From an uncultured Verrucomicrobiae bacterium (GTDB lineage Bacteria; Verrucomicrobiota; Verrucomicrobiia; Chthoniobacterales; Chthoniobacteraceae), in NCBI GenBank assembly GCA_963836755.1, contig CAWIKF010000002.1:1312001-1376000 (forward strand): a stretch of 64,000 nt of DNA, written 5' to 3'. This document shows, piece by piece, positions 30,908 to 39,162 of the stretch; the stretch's first letter is position 1, and the number at the start of each line of letters is the position of its first letter. The position numbers and the translations under genes are program-made. The notes beneath the pieces were generated by a model. The model had not been told where the DNA came from and did no database searches. It saw only the letters and a program-made list of their open reading frames with translations.

Positions 30908-30961
30908 CCAAGCGATGCAGCTAACAGGCTTCGCCTGTAGCTGATCTTGTTCTCGTCAGGC
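30902..30961 (+). repeat. attC3 (60 bp minimal; R' = GTCAGGC)
   Basis: ACCTAACCAAGCGATGCAGCTAACAGGC-TTC-GCCTGTAGCTGATCTTGTTCTCGTCAGGC. Confidence 0.93.
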
Positions 30962-30999
30962 CACTCTGCCGCGCGCCCGCCAGCAAAAGCATTCAAGAT

Positions 31000-31536
31000 A
31001 TGACAGCCAAAGGAGATGACCGAATTCTCGACTTCGCTGCCACTGGTATGTGGTGGGAGATTACCAAGTCTACCGCCGACACCGGCGGAGACTATTTTGA
31101 GGCCATAAATGTCATTGCGCCGGGTTTTGCCGGCCCGCCGTTGCACATTCATCCGCACGCCGAAGAGAGCTATCATGTCATGGAGGGCACGCTGGACGTG
31201 TGTGTGGGTGGTGAGTGGCGAGAGTTAGGCCCGGGTGACTCGGCGACCGTTCCAACCGGAACGGCCCACACCCTGAAGAATCCACATCCGATCGAGGCGC
31301 GGCTACGCAACGTGCATAAGCCGGCGCTCGCCTTTGAGCGTTTCTTCCGGCGGATGCATACTTTGGTTGCAGACGGCAAGCTGACGCTCCCGCCGAAGAA
31401 CTTTGGTTCGCTCATCCGTATCTCGATGCTTTTTGTGGAGCACGAGAACGAGATCAAGTCGGCCGTGCCGCCTCACGCAGTGATGGTCGCGCTGGCTTTC
31501 ATTGGGAAGCTCCTTGGATACAAGTTGCCGTCATGA
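31000..31536 (+). CDS. Cassette 4: cupin domain protein
   Basis: PPLHIHPHAEESYHVMEG and PGD...VPTGTAH cupin motifs. Confidence 0.9.
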   Translation: MTAKGDDRILDFAATGMWWEITKSTADTGGDYFEAINVIAPGFAGPPLHIHPHAEESYHVMEGTLDVCVGGEWRELGPGDSATVPTGTAHTLKNPHPIEARLRNVHKPALAFERFFRRMHTLVADGKLTLPPKNFGSLIRISMLFVEHENEIKSAVPPHAVMVALAFIGKLLGYKLPS

Positions 31537-31558
31537 GCGCCGTCATAACATCCAAGTG

Positions 31559-31688
31559 GCCTAACCATGCGCTGCAGCGAACGGCTCCGTGCGTCACGAG
31601 CCATGCTCCGCCACCTTTCCCCCAGCCACCTTCGCCCGCGCGTGGCTCGCGCCGCGCTCCGGAGTCGCTGAGCTTGGGGTCGTTAGGC
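31559..31688 (+). repeat. attC4 (130 bp)
   Basis: GCCTAACCATGCGCTGCAGCGAAC...GTCGCTGAGCTTGGGGTCGTTAGGC. Confidence 0.95.
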
Positions 31689-31699
31689 CAGTTTCGCAT

Positions 31700-32161
31700 A
31701 TGTCGATTTCAACGCTTTTCATTCTGATCTTCGTGGTTGTCGGCCTGGGCATCGCGGCGTTTGGAGCACGCAGCCTGATTCACGCTCGCGCGAGTTCGAC
31801 ATGGCCTCACGTTCCCGGCGAGATTAAGCATTCGGAGATCAACCAAAGCTCTGACAGCGACGGCACTTCATATTCGCCACTGGTTCGCTACTCGTATTCT
31901 GTCAGCGGCCAGTCTTTCACCGGTGAACGGATCTGCTTCGGCCTCGCCAAGATGTCTGCCGGATACCAATTTGCGCAGGCCTACATCGAGCGTTATCGCG
32001 TCGGCTCAGCAGTGCTCGTTTACTACGACCCGACTCAGCCATCGTCATCCGTGCTGGAACCTGGCATCTCCAAGCGCGCCTTTATGCCCATCGCATTTGG
32101 GCTTGGATTTGCTATTTTCGGCGGGTGGTTTGCCTTACTTTTCTGGCTCTTTCAGCCATGA
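31700..32161 (+). CDS. Cassette 5: DUF3592-like membrane protein
   Basis: TM, W..VPGEI..S, VRYSYSVSG, VYYDP..P..SVL, TM. Confidence 0.85.
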   Translation: MSISTLFILIFVVVGLGIAAFGARSLIHARASSTWPHVPGEIKHSEINQSSDSDGTSYSPLVRYSYSVSGQSFTGERICFGLAKMSAGYQFAQAYIERYRVGSAVLVYYDPTQPSSSVLEPGISKRAFMPIAFGLGFAIFGGWFALLFWLFQP

Positions 32162-32168
32162 CCAAGTG

Positions 32169-32292
32169 GCCTGACCATGCGCTGCAGCGAACCGCTCCGT
32201 GCGTCACGGCACCTGCTTCCGCCGCCGCCGTGCGGACCACCATGCAGGTGCCGCGCCGCACTTCGCGGTCGCTGAGCTTGGGATCGTTAGAC
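32169..32292 (+). repeat. attC5 (124 bp; R'' = GCCTGAC)
   Basis: GCCTGACCATGCGCTGCAGCGAAC...GTCGCTGAGCTTGGGATCGTTAGAC. Confidence 0.92.
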
Positions 32293-32306
32293 TCAGAGCG
32301 TTTGCA

Positions 32307-32747
32307 ATGAACATCAGCGTTTCTATTTTGATCTGTGGCTTCATGGCATCGGCAGCTTTTGCGGGTGATTCCTCGCAGTCATCCGCCGAGATGAATGAAA
32401 ACCACCATTGCGACCGCCATAATTGTTACTTCTTTTTTCGCTGCATCTATCTGGCAACTGACGCTGAGGAGAAGGCGGCGAATGCTCCCGCAAACGAACC
32501 GGAGACCCCCGCTTCGCCCAAGGATAACTCCCTTGAGTTTCTGGCTGATGTTCCGTCGCTCAGCGCCGTCTCGGTGCGAATGACTGAAGCGGCATTTTTC
32601 GACATCGTAAAGCAGCAGAAACTCAGCTTCGAAAGGAAAGCTACCGATGATGAAACCGCCTACTACGTTCACCCAAAGGAGGGCGTTCTCGTGTATTTCG
32701 GTTTTCGACAATCTCGATGCACCGGCATCCAACGACTACGTGATTGA
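32307..32747 (+). CDS. Cassette 6: secreted hypothetical protein, probably a fusion of two cassette genes
   Basis: Signal peptide at 32307; a second signal peptide (MKTTIATAIIVTSFFAAS) in another frame at 32395. Confidence 0.55.
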   Translation: MNISVSILICGFMASAAFAGDSSQSSAEMNENHHCDRHNCYFFFRCIYLATDAEEKAANAPANEPETPASPKDNSLEFLADVPSLSAVSVRMTEAAFFDIVKQQKLSFERKATDDETAYYVHPKEGVLVYFGFRQSRCTGIQRLRD

Positions 32748-32766
32748 AAACCCCAAATGCCAAGTC

Positions 32767-32891
32767 GCCTAACCAAGCGCTGCAGCGAACTGCTCCGCGC
32801 GTCACGGCACCTGCTTCCGGCCTCCCCCCTTTCCCCCACCGCACAGGTGCCGCGCCAGCCTCCGCAGTCGCTGAGCTTCGGGTCGTTAGGC
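32767..32891 (+). repeat. attC6 (125 bp)
   Basis: GCCTAACCAAGCGCTGCAGCGAAC...GTCGCTGAGCTTCGGGTCGTTAGGC. Confidence 0.95.
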
Positions 32892-32912
32892 GTCATTCCA
32901 CTTTCCCCCAAC

Positions 32913-33335
32913 ATGAAGCTACCAATACAGATACTCACTTCAATTTTGATGCTCGCAAGCATCGCCACTGCCGCAACTCCAGAAGAAGAAGCTCGGTTCT
33001 TGAACGCTATTCGTGATGCCTACAGCAAAAAGGACAAAGAGGCGATTATCGCTTCTACCTGCTGGGATCGCGTCACGGAGCAGCACAAGAAACTGGCTCC
33101 GAAGGCTATTGATTATGCCATGAGCAACCCAATCAAGTCGGTTCAATATCGGGCACTTGATCCTTCCGAAGTCTACACTTACACCAAAGATGGAATTACC
33201 TACGGCCCCAATTTGCCGATCGTCAAGCAAATCGAGATCGAATACGCCGTTGCCCCAGGCAAGCTGACGTCAGAGTTGTTCCTCGGCGAGAAGGAAGGGA
33301 AGCTCATGATCGTCAATCTCGCTCCTCAACCGTGA
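32913..33335 (+). CDS. Cassette 7: secreted hypothetical protein
   Basis: Signal peptide MKLPIQILTSILMLASIATA; starts 21 nt after attC6. Confidence 0.8.
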   Translation: MKLPIQILTSILMLASIATAATPEEEARFLNAIRDAYSKKDKEAIIASTCWDRVTEQHKKLAPKAIDYAMSNPIKSVQYRALDPSEVYTYTKDGITYGPNLPIVKQIEIEYAVAPGKLTSELFLGEKEGKLMIVNLAPQP

Positions 33336-33735
33336 CGCCGGCGACTCCTACGCCCGTCACTTAACCATGCGAAGCCGCTACCGCTTCTCGGCTGTCTGTT
33401 GGAGTTCCTAGAGGAGATCGATTATACCGCCTCGGAGACGAGGAGTTTGCAGCAGTCCTCTCCGGCGAGTCATCGCGCACACAGAGCGCAGTCACCGGTT
33501 TTGTCTATCCTCGCTCATGGGCACCGTATCCCAAGACCCGAATGGTCGAAGAGCGGGATGGCAAGTGACCGCGTGGCGTATTGTCGATCCCTCATCGCCG
33601 AATGAGAATCGCAATTACACCTCGACTCGCTATGAGGCTGGCAGGTAGTCTCGGTAACGCTCGACATGCACTGCAAGATTATCTGCTACTTACCATGCGT
33701 TTTATGATTCCGTCCTTCTTGAGCAAGACCGCAAC

Positions 33736-33812
33736 GCCTAACTATGCGCTGCAGGCAAATCGATGAGTAACTCGCAAATAAGCGGCTCCGCCGGTAGCTG
33801 AGCTTGTTCTCG
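33736..33812 (+). repeat. Degenerate attC (R' truncated after G)
   Basis: GCCTAACTATGCGCTGCAG...GTAGCTGAGCTTGTTCTCG, with no TTAGG following. Confidence 0.8.
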
Positions 33813-33819
33813 AAATCAC

Positions 33820-34267
33820 ATGAAATCCTCCATTCAACCTCCTCGGATTGAAACGCCGTGTCCGAAGCGATGGGAGGCGATGTGTGGCGACTCGAAGCAG
33901 CGGTTTTGCGACCACTGCAAGCTTCACGTTCACAACCTTTCGGCGATGTCGGATACAGAGCGTGAAGGATTTTTACGCTAGGTCCGGTGGCCATGCTTGC
34001 ATTGTCTATGCGGTTCGTCCCGATGGCTCGATGGTTACTCCGTCTTACTGGTCCTGGCTGGTGCTACCGTTTCAGCGGCTTCATTGGTCTGTTGCCGCGC
34101 TGCTGGCCGCATTTCTCCCGTTCTTATTTTCATCTTGCGCCACACGCCGCACGATAGGAAGGGCATCTCCCACATGCGACGCGCCCGCGCCGCACATGAA
34201 CAACAGCAAGCAGTTCGCGCTTCCTGGCAGAGCATTAATTCCTCCTACGACCAAGCCGCAACAATGA
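33820..34267 (+). pseudogene. Frameshifted cassette gene with Cys-rich N-terminal domain and a TM/lipobox-like segment
   Basis: ATG 33820 gives MKSSIQPPRIETPCPKRWEAMCGDSKQRFCDHCKLHVHNLSAM, stop at 33981; continues in +1 frame ARSGGHACIVYAVRPDG. Confidence 0.7.
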
Positions 34268-34276
34268 ATTCGGGTG

Positions 34277-34312
34277 GCGTAACAAGCTTCGCCTGTAGTT
34301 GAGCTTGTTTTC
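34277..34312 (+). repeat. Collapsed attC remnant
   Basis: GCGTAACAAGCTTCGCCTGTAGTTGAGCTTGTTTTC. Confidence 0.65.
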
Positions 34313-34332
34313 CCTAAATCCTCTCAGTCCGC

Positions 34333-34821
34333 ATGACGTCGCGCCCAATCTCACATCAACTGCTTGGCCTGCTAGGCTGGCTTTTGGTCGTGTTCGCGGC
34401 TGCAGCAGTCGGAGCTGTGGCGTCTATACACGCGCCATCTTTCTATGCGCAGCTCATCAAGCCATCATGGGCTCCGCCTGCCAGCGTTTTCGGCCCAGTG
34501 TGGTCGGTGCTGTATGTGCTAATGGGCGCTTCTGCCTGGCTGGTGTGGCGGTCTTTACCGCCGCGGTGGGATGCGCTTGCTCTGTTTCTCGCCCAGCTCG
34601 CGGCGAACGCACTTTGGTCGTGGCTCTTTTTTGCGTGGCATCAAGGGGGACTTGCTACGGCGGAGGTGTTGCTGTTGTTAATGCTCATCGCGCTGACGAT
34701 GCGATCATTCTGGTCAGGTAGTCGGCTCGCCGTTCTATTGCTGTTACCCTATTTGTTTTGGGTAGGCTTCGCATCAATGCTGACCTGGTCGATTTGGCAG
34801 CGCAATCGGGGTCTCGTCTGA
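34333..34821 (+). CDS. tspO: Cassette: TspO/MBR tryptophan-rich sensory protein
   Basis: FYAQLIKPSWAPPASVFGPVWSVLY, QLAANALWSWLFF, LLPYLFWVGFA. Confidence 0.93.
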   Translation: MTSRPISHQLLGLLGWLLVVFAAAAVGAVASIHAPSFYAQLIKPSWAPPASVFGPVWSVLYVLMGASAWLVWRSLPPRWDALALFLAQLAANALWSWLFFAWHQGGLATAEVLLLLMLIALTMRSFWSGSRLAVLLLLPYLFWVGFASMLTWSIWQRNRGLV

Positions 34822-34835
34822 TGAGCGCCGAATTT

Positions 34836-34896
34836 CATCATGCGATGCAGCGAACTGCTCCGGGCGTTACGGGAGCTGAGCTTGTTCTCATTAGGC
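34836..34896 (+). repeat. Degenerate attC (R'' lost, R' = ATTAGGC)
   Basis: CATGCGATGCAGCGAAC...GAGCTGAGCTTGTTCTCATTAGGC. Confidence 0.8.
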
Positions 34897-34933
34897 GTCG
34901 CGCCGGCTTTTTACAAACGAAGTTAACACACCT

Positions 34934-35322
34934 ATGAACCAAAATCGCAATCCTGTAGGATGGGTCGAGCTCTACTTTCAAGACATGGAGCGAGCCAAGA
35001 CGTTTGTAAGATCTTATTCAGGTCACACTCGAACCTCTCGACAGTCTGGGTATGGAGTTGTTTGGGTTCCCGATGCAGCACGAGAGTCCCGGGATGCGCC
35101 GGAGCGCTGGTCAGGATGCCAGGCAAGGATTCCGGCGGAGGCGGAACCATTGTTTACCTTTCTTGCCGTGATTGTGCCGATGAGGCAGCCGGCGCCGTTC
35201 AGAATGGTGGCCGAATCCACAAAGAGAAGACTTCAATCGGCCAGTATGGCTTCATCGCGCTCATCTTCGATACTGAAGGCAACATGATCGGCCTTCATTC
35301 AATGCAACGACCGCAATGTTAA
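34934..35322 (+). pseudogene. Cassette: VOC/glyoxalase family gene with two frameshifts
   Basis: NPVGWVELYFQDMERAKTF in one frame, MELFGFPM in another, GALVRM...IGQYGFIALIFDTEGNMIGLHS in a third. Confidence 0.82.
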
Positions 35323-35367
35323 CAACGCAGCCCGGGGAACGGAGGCTTTCACTTTGACTCCAGTCCT

Positions 35368-36408
35368 ATGAAAAGCGTTCGACTCTCATGCTTCCTGATT
35401 CTGGCGCTGCTCCTCGCTTTCACGCCGTGCCGGCGAGCCACAGCGGACGCTGACCCACGCAAGCAACTCCCGCCGCAGATCAAACAGCTCACATGGTTTG
35501 GTGAGCGAGCCGACTTTCGGCACGACGGCCGGCGCTTTGTCTTTCTCAACCATGTCTACGGAGACGTGTATGAATACGATCTCGAGTCTGGGCGCATCAC
35601 TTGCTGCACCGGCCATTTCCTGCACTTCGGATTTGTGCGGGCGCTCTACCTCGCCAATGGCGACCTGCTTCTGAGCGGACCGAATGCTAACTTTGATCCG
35701 ACGAGCAAGAAGGATCGCCGACGCGCGCGCGATAGCAGCTATCTCTACGTGCTCGACAAAAGTATCACGAAGCCGCCGGTGCCGCTCGGCGTGCAGTGCA
35801 ATGAAGGGCCGGCCGTCTCGCGCACGCGCTTGCACATCGCGTGGACGCACGGCGAACAGGATAAGATGTCTACCGGCGACATCGTTTATGAAAACGGCAC
35901 GCCGAAGCTCGTGAACCAGCAACTCATCCTCCAAACGAGTGACTTCCCCGCTGGCGAGAGGCCGCGGAAATGGATCGAGACGCAGAATTTCATTCCACCC
36001 GATGAGACAAAGCTGACCGTCACGGCCTACGAGATCAACAACACCGATAACACGGAGACTTTCGTCTTCGACCTGAAAACCAAAACGCTCACGAACATGT
36101 CGCGCACGCCGGATCGTTACGAGGAATGCGAGGGTGTTTTCCCCGAAGGTAAATCGACGCTCGTAGAGAGCGCGGAAGTCAAGGGCCGCTGGCCGCTCGT
36201 GGACTTGTATCGACTGTGGCTCGACGGCAGCGGGCGCAAGGAGCGGCTGACGCATTTTACTGACTTCAAAAACTGGAAGGCCGCCGACGGTGTCATCAGT
36301 GACGACGGGAAGTTCATGCTCTTTCAGGAAGGACGCGGCGGCACGGAGGCCGGCCAAGGTTTCGGGATTTACCTTTACGATTTTTCCAAGGTCCGCAATC
36401 CGCAATGA
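35368..36408 (+). CDS. Secreted TolB/PD40-like beta-propeller protein
   Basis: Signal peptide; blade repeats GERADFRHDG, EGVFPEGK, RLTHF...ISDDGKFMLFQ. Confidence 0.75.
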   Translation: MKSVRLSCFLILALLLAFTPCRRATADADPRKQLPPQIKQLTWFGERADFRHDGRRFVFLNHVYGDVYEYDLESGRITCCTGHFLHFGFVRALYLANGDLLLSGPNANFDPTSKKDRRRARDSSYLYVLDKSITKPPVPLGVQCNEGPAVSRTRLHIAWTHGEQDKMSTGDIVYENGTPKLVNQQLILQTSDFPAGERPRKWIETQNFIPPDETKLTVTAYEINNTDNTETFVFDLKTKTLTNMSRTPDRYEECEGVFPEGKSTLVESAEVKGRWPLVDLYRLWLDGSGRKERLTHFTDFKNWKAADGVISDDGKFMLFQEGRGGTEAGQGFGIYLYDFSKVRNPQ

Positions 36409-36415
36409 ACCGAGT

Positions 36416-36451
36416 GCCGAACCATCGCGGCTGAGCTTGTTTCTGTTAGTG
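36416..36451 (+). repeat. Collapsed attC remnant (36 bp)
   Basis: GCCGAAC-CATCGCG-GCTGAGCTTGTTTCT-GTTAGTG. Confidence 0.7.
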
Positions 36452-36453
36452 AT

Positions 36454-36636
36454 ATGCGTGCTCGGACGAAAGCCAGACTCATTACTCTGCTGATAGTGAG
36501 CATCTTGTTCGCTGTGATGCTCTACCGGGCGAACCACCCTTACACGGTTTCGCGTAATGCGATGGGGAAAGAAGCTTACCTCCCATCCGAGGCGGGGGCT
36601 TCGACAGAATATTTGCGCAGCCTGAAAGGCACTTGA
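36454..36636 (+). CDS. Short membrane-anchored ORF, probably a truncated cassette gene
   Basis: ATG directly after attC remnant; one TM helix. Confidence 0.4.
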   Translation: MRARTKARLITLLIVSILFAVMLYRANHPYTVSRNAMGKEAYLPSEAGASTEYLRSLKGT

Positions 36637-36790
36637 CCTCTCCGCGGTTAGTCTTTGCCTGCGCTAGGATGGGTCTTGGGTGCGCAGCTTTTTCTATTGG
36701 CTTTTATGAGTTGCTCACTTTCACTATTTACAACGCAATCGGTCCCGGCAAAACTGAGGTGCATACACCATCTCAAAACACTCAAGTATC

Positions 36791-37126
36791 ATGAAGATCA
36801 CGCGGATATTCCTTCTTTTACTACTTTGTTCGTTTGTCACTGTTACTGCTGCACCTCCCGCGGTGCATTGGTATCAGGTTTTCATCAATGGTTCCTCATC
36901 GAAGACACTCACCGGCTCGTCGCATTTTGATCCTGAGCAACTGGCGGTGAAGCTTAACGGCGCCGACCCGATCGTGCTTGAAAACCTGCGAGATATTTTC
37001 GCGCGATCCAGTGACGAACCGATGAGATGGCATCCGGATGACTCGACGGTCAAGGCGGTCATCCCAACTAAGAGCATCCTTTACTTCACGGAGTTGCCCG
37101 GCGATCCGGCAGCGCCGAAGAAGTAG
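36791..37126 (+). CDS. Secreted hypothetical protein (cassette-like)
   Basis: Signal peptide MKITRIFLLLLLCSFVTVTA. Confidence 0.7.
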   Translation: MKITRIFLLLLLCSFVTVTAAPPAVHWYQVFINGSSSKTLTGSSHFDPEQLAVKLNGADPIVLENLRDIFARSSDEPMRWHPDDSTVKAVIPTKSILYFTELPGDPAAPKK

Positions 37127-37137
37127 CTTCAGCCGTC

Positions 37138-37749
37138 ATGAGCCACCGTGCTAAACTTTACTGCGCGGCTGGCATCGTCGTGGTGATCGCCTTTGCGGTT
37201 TGGCGCGATTATCGAGATGGATGCGGTCCTTTCCCGGACTGGCAGACTTCGGCTTATGTGCTGCCTTATCCAGTAGGTTCCTCGTATTTCGTGAGCCAGG
37301 CGAACTGCTCGACTGGCGGCCATCACGGCGCCTATCAGTATGCGTATGATTTCGCCATGCCTATCGGAACGACGGTGACTGCCGCTCGGGCGGGAGTGGT
37401 CGCCGAGATTCGCATGAGGTTTCGCGACGGCCAGCCGGGAGAAGGTGAGTCCAACTGGGTGAAGATTCGTCACGCGGACAATACCATCGCCGCTTACTCG
37501 CACCTGACGGCGAATGGTGCGCTCGTGAAGATTGGCGATCGGGTTGTGGCCGGGCAAGCGATTGGACGGAGCGGCAATAGCGGCAACACGGGAGGATTGC
37601 CGCACTTGCACTTTCACCTTTGTCCTTGTTCGGAGCCAGTCGATTGCGGCACTCTGCCAGTGACGTTTCGCAACACCGATGCGAATCCACATGGGCTACA
37701 GTCCAAACGCTATTACGTCGCGCTTCCCTATGCCAGGAACGGCTCCTGA
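37138..37749 (+). CDS. M23 family metallopeptidase (cassette)
   Basis: H-x-x-x-x-x-x-YDF (HHGAYQYAYDFAMPIGT), YSHL, SGNSG, PHLHF. Confidence 0.9.
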   Translation: MSHRAKLYCAAGIVVVIAFAVWRDYRDGCGPFPDWQTSAYVLPYPVGSSYFVSQANCSTGGHHGAYQYAYDFAMPIGTTVTAARAGVVAEIRMRFRDGQPGEGESNWVKIRHADNTIAAYSHLTANGALVKIGDRVVAGQAIGRSGNSGNTGGLPHLHFHLCPCSEPVDCGTLPVTFRNTDANPHGLQSKRYYVALPYARNGS

Positions 37750-37804
37750 TAATGCGATGCAAGTAACGCGCGGCGCGGCGCCTGTAGCTGACCTTGTTCT
37801 CGCC
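37744..37804 (+). repeat. Degenerate attC
   Basis: TCCTGATAATGCGATGCAAGTAAC...GCCTGTAGCTGACCTTGTTCTCG-CC (TTAGG deleted). Confidence 0.78.
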
Positions 37805-37818
37805 ATGTAGCATCGAAT

Positions 37819-38067
37819 ATGTCGCGTATTTTGATAGCACTTTTTTCAGTCGGCTGGATTTTTCCGATGTGGCTGGCAGCGCACACCTATCTCGAGTTTA
37901 TGCAGATCGAGGTATGGCCGCGATTGTCAGGGCAGCAGCCGATGAACAGTTTCCCGTTTATCCGGCTTAGCGAGCAGACACTTGCGATAGGCTGCATGTG
38001 GCTTGCCGCCGTTATTTTATTTTGGTCTTGGAGATCGACTGGCAAGAGAAAGGTTGACGATGCCTAA
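37819..38067 (+). CDS. Small two-TM hypothetical protein (cassette)
   Basis: Follows attC remnant; stop lies in GCCTAAG, an R''-like sequence. Confidence 0.65.
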   Translation: MSRILIALFSVGWIFPMWLAAHTYLEFMQIEVWPRLSGQQPMNSFPFIRLSEQTLAIGCMWLAAVILFWSWRSTGKRKVDDA

Positions 38068-38090
38068 GACATCGCTGTAGGGAACGGTTC

Positions 38091-38372
38091 ATGACAATGA
38101 ACGCGATTACCGATATGGTTCATCACCTTACTTTCACTGCACGTCTTCTCGGCGGCATTGTTCTTATTTTCATCGGAGGAGTATGGATGGCTTTCGCGGC
38201 TTATAGCGAAGACACGACTTTGGGGCGCTTGCTTACGTTCGTTCCCGGTCTTGCGCTATTTTTTTGCGCGGAGCATCCGAAGAAGGGGTTGCCTCCACTG
38301 ATCCTTCAACTGATCGGCATGGCGCTGTTTGCTTCGGCTGTTTTTTCTCGTTTTCCCGGAGGTAATCAGTAA
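38091..38372 (+). CDS. Small membrane hypothetical protein
   Basis: Three hydrophobic segments, co-oriented with the array. Confidence 0.55.
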   Translation: MTMNAITDMVHHLTFTARLLGGIVLIFIGGVWMAFAAYSEDTTLGRLLTFVPGLALFFCAEHPKKGLPPLILQLIGMALFASAVFSRFPGGNQ

Positions 38373-38445
38373 GTAATTGCCAACGGTGCAACGACACGCG
38401 CTTAGACCTTGAAGCTTTAAGTCAATCCCGCTACCGCTCAATGCC

Positions 38446-38811
38446 ATGAACACTTTCCCCTCGGCCATTAATTCGCAGTCCCGCCGTCAAACTTACATCG
38501 GCGCTGTTCTTCTTTCGCTGCCAGCCTTGTTCTTCTGGATCGCGGCGCGGGTGTTTCTCCTGCCGAGGCTGGAGTATGACTGGCAGCGTTCCGCCGTCGC
38601 GACTTCCCACGCGCAATGGGTCATGAGCATCGTGCAGGCGATCCTGCATCACGGCCCGATCCTTCTCCTCGCGCTTGCCGGCGCTTTGTTGGTGATGGAA
38701 TTGCGCTTCGCAATTAACCGGCGCATCACGATCGGAGCGACCGTTTTTGCCGTCAACTCCGCGGTGTTCCTCGGGCTGACTGCGATGTGTGTGGCGGCGC
38801 TCATCAAGTGA
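38446..38811 (+). CDS. Small three-TM hypothetical protein
   Basis: Hydrophobic helices, co-oriented with the array. Confidence 0.6.
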   Translation: MNTFPSAINSQSRRQTYIGAVLLSLPALFFWIAARVFLLPRLEYDWQRSAVATSHAQWVMSIVQAILHHGPILLLALAGALLVMELRFAINRRITIGATVFAVNSAVFLGLTAMCVAALIK

Positions 38812-38844
38812 ATTGAGCAAAAAGCCCTGACGAGGGAACAAAGT

Positions 38845-39081
38845 ATGACCCATCACAGCGCGAAGACCATTTGCACCACGGCGATCTGGATTGCGACGGC
38901 CGTGATTTTTACCTTTGGCGTTTTTCGCTTTACCTGGTCCGGCGCTCTTCCCGGCTTTCTCTGGTCAGCCGTCGCTTTGGCACTGGCCCTCGCTGCGCAA
39001 AAAGCGACGCAGTCAGTGTGGAAGGATCCCGCGCCCGACAAGAACAGCACGATTTCGCCAATCGAGCCGCCCACGGCGTGA
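38845..39081 (+). CDS. Small two-TM hypothetical protein
   Basis: GAGGGA RBS-like site upstream; two TMs. Confidence 0.6.
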   Translation: MTHHSAKTICTTAIWIATAVIFTFGVFRFTWSGALPGFLWSAVALALALAAQKATQSVWKDPAPDKNSTISPIEPPTA

Positions 39082-39162
39082 GCCTGATGCTAAAAGCTGG
39101 GAAGCTTAAAGGAAGTTCCCAAAGCTTCACTGCGCAAAGTGGTCGATAGCTCGCGTCCGACG

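Noticed and set aside
29470..32891. attC repeats as CRISPR repeats, REP elements or terminators
   Set aside because: They separate whole genes, have R''/L''/L'/R' boxes with bulged bases, and match their own cassette starts. They have no U-tracts.
31533..32968. ORFs and N-terminal extensions reading through attC sites (PNHALQRT..., PNQALQRT...)
   Set aside because: These are translations of the attC repeats. The real starts are the ATGs just after each GTTAG.
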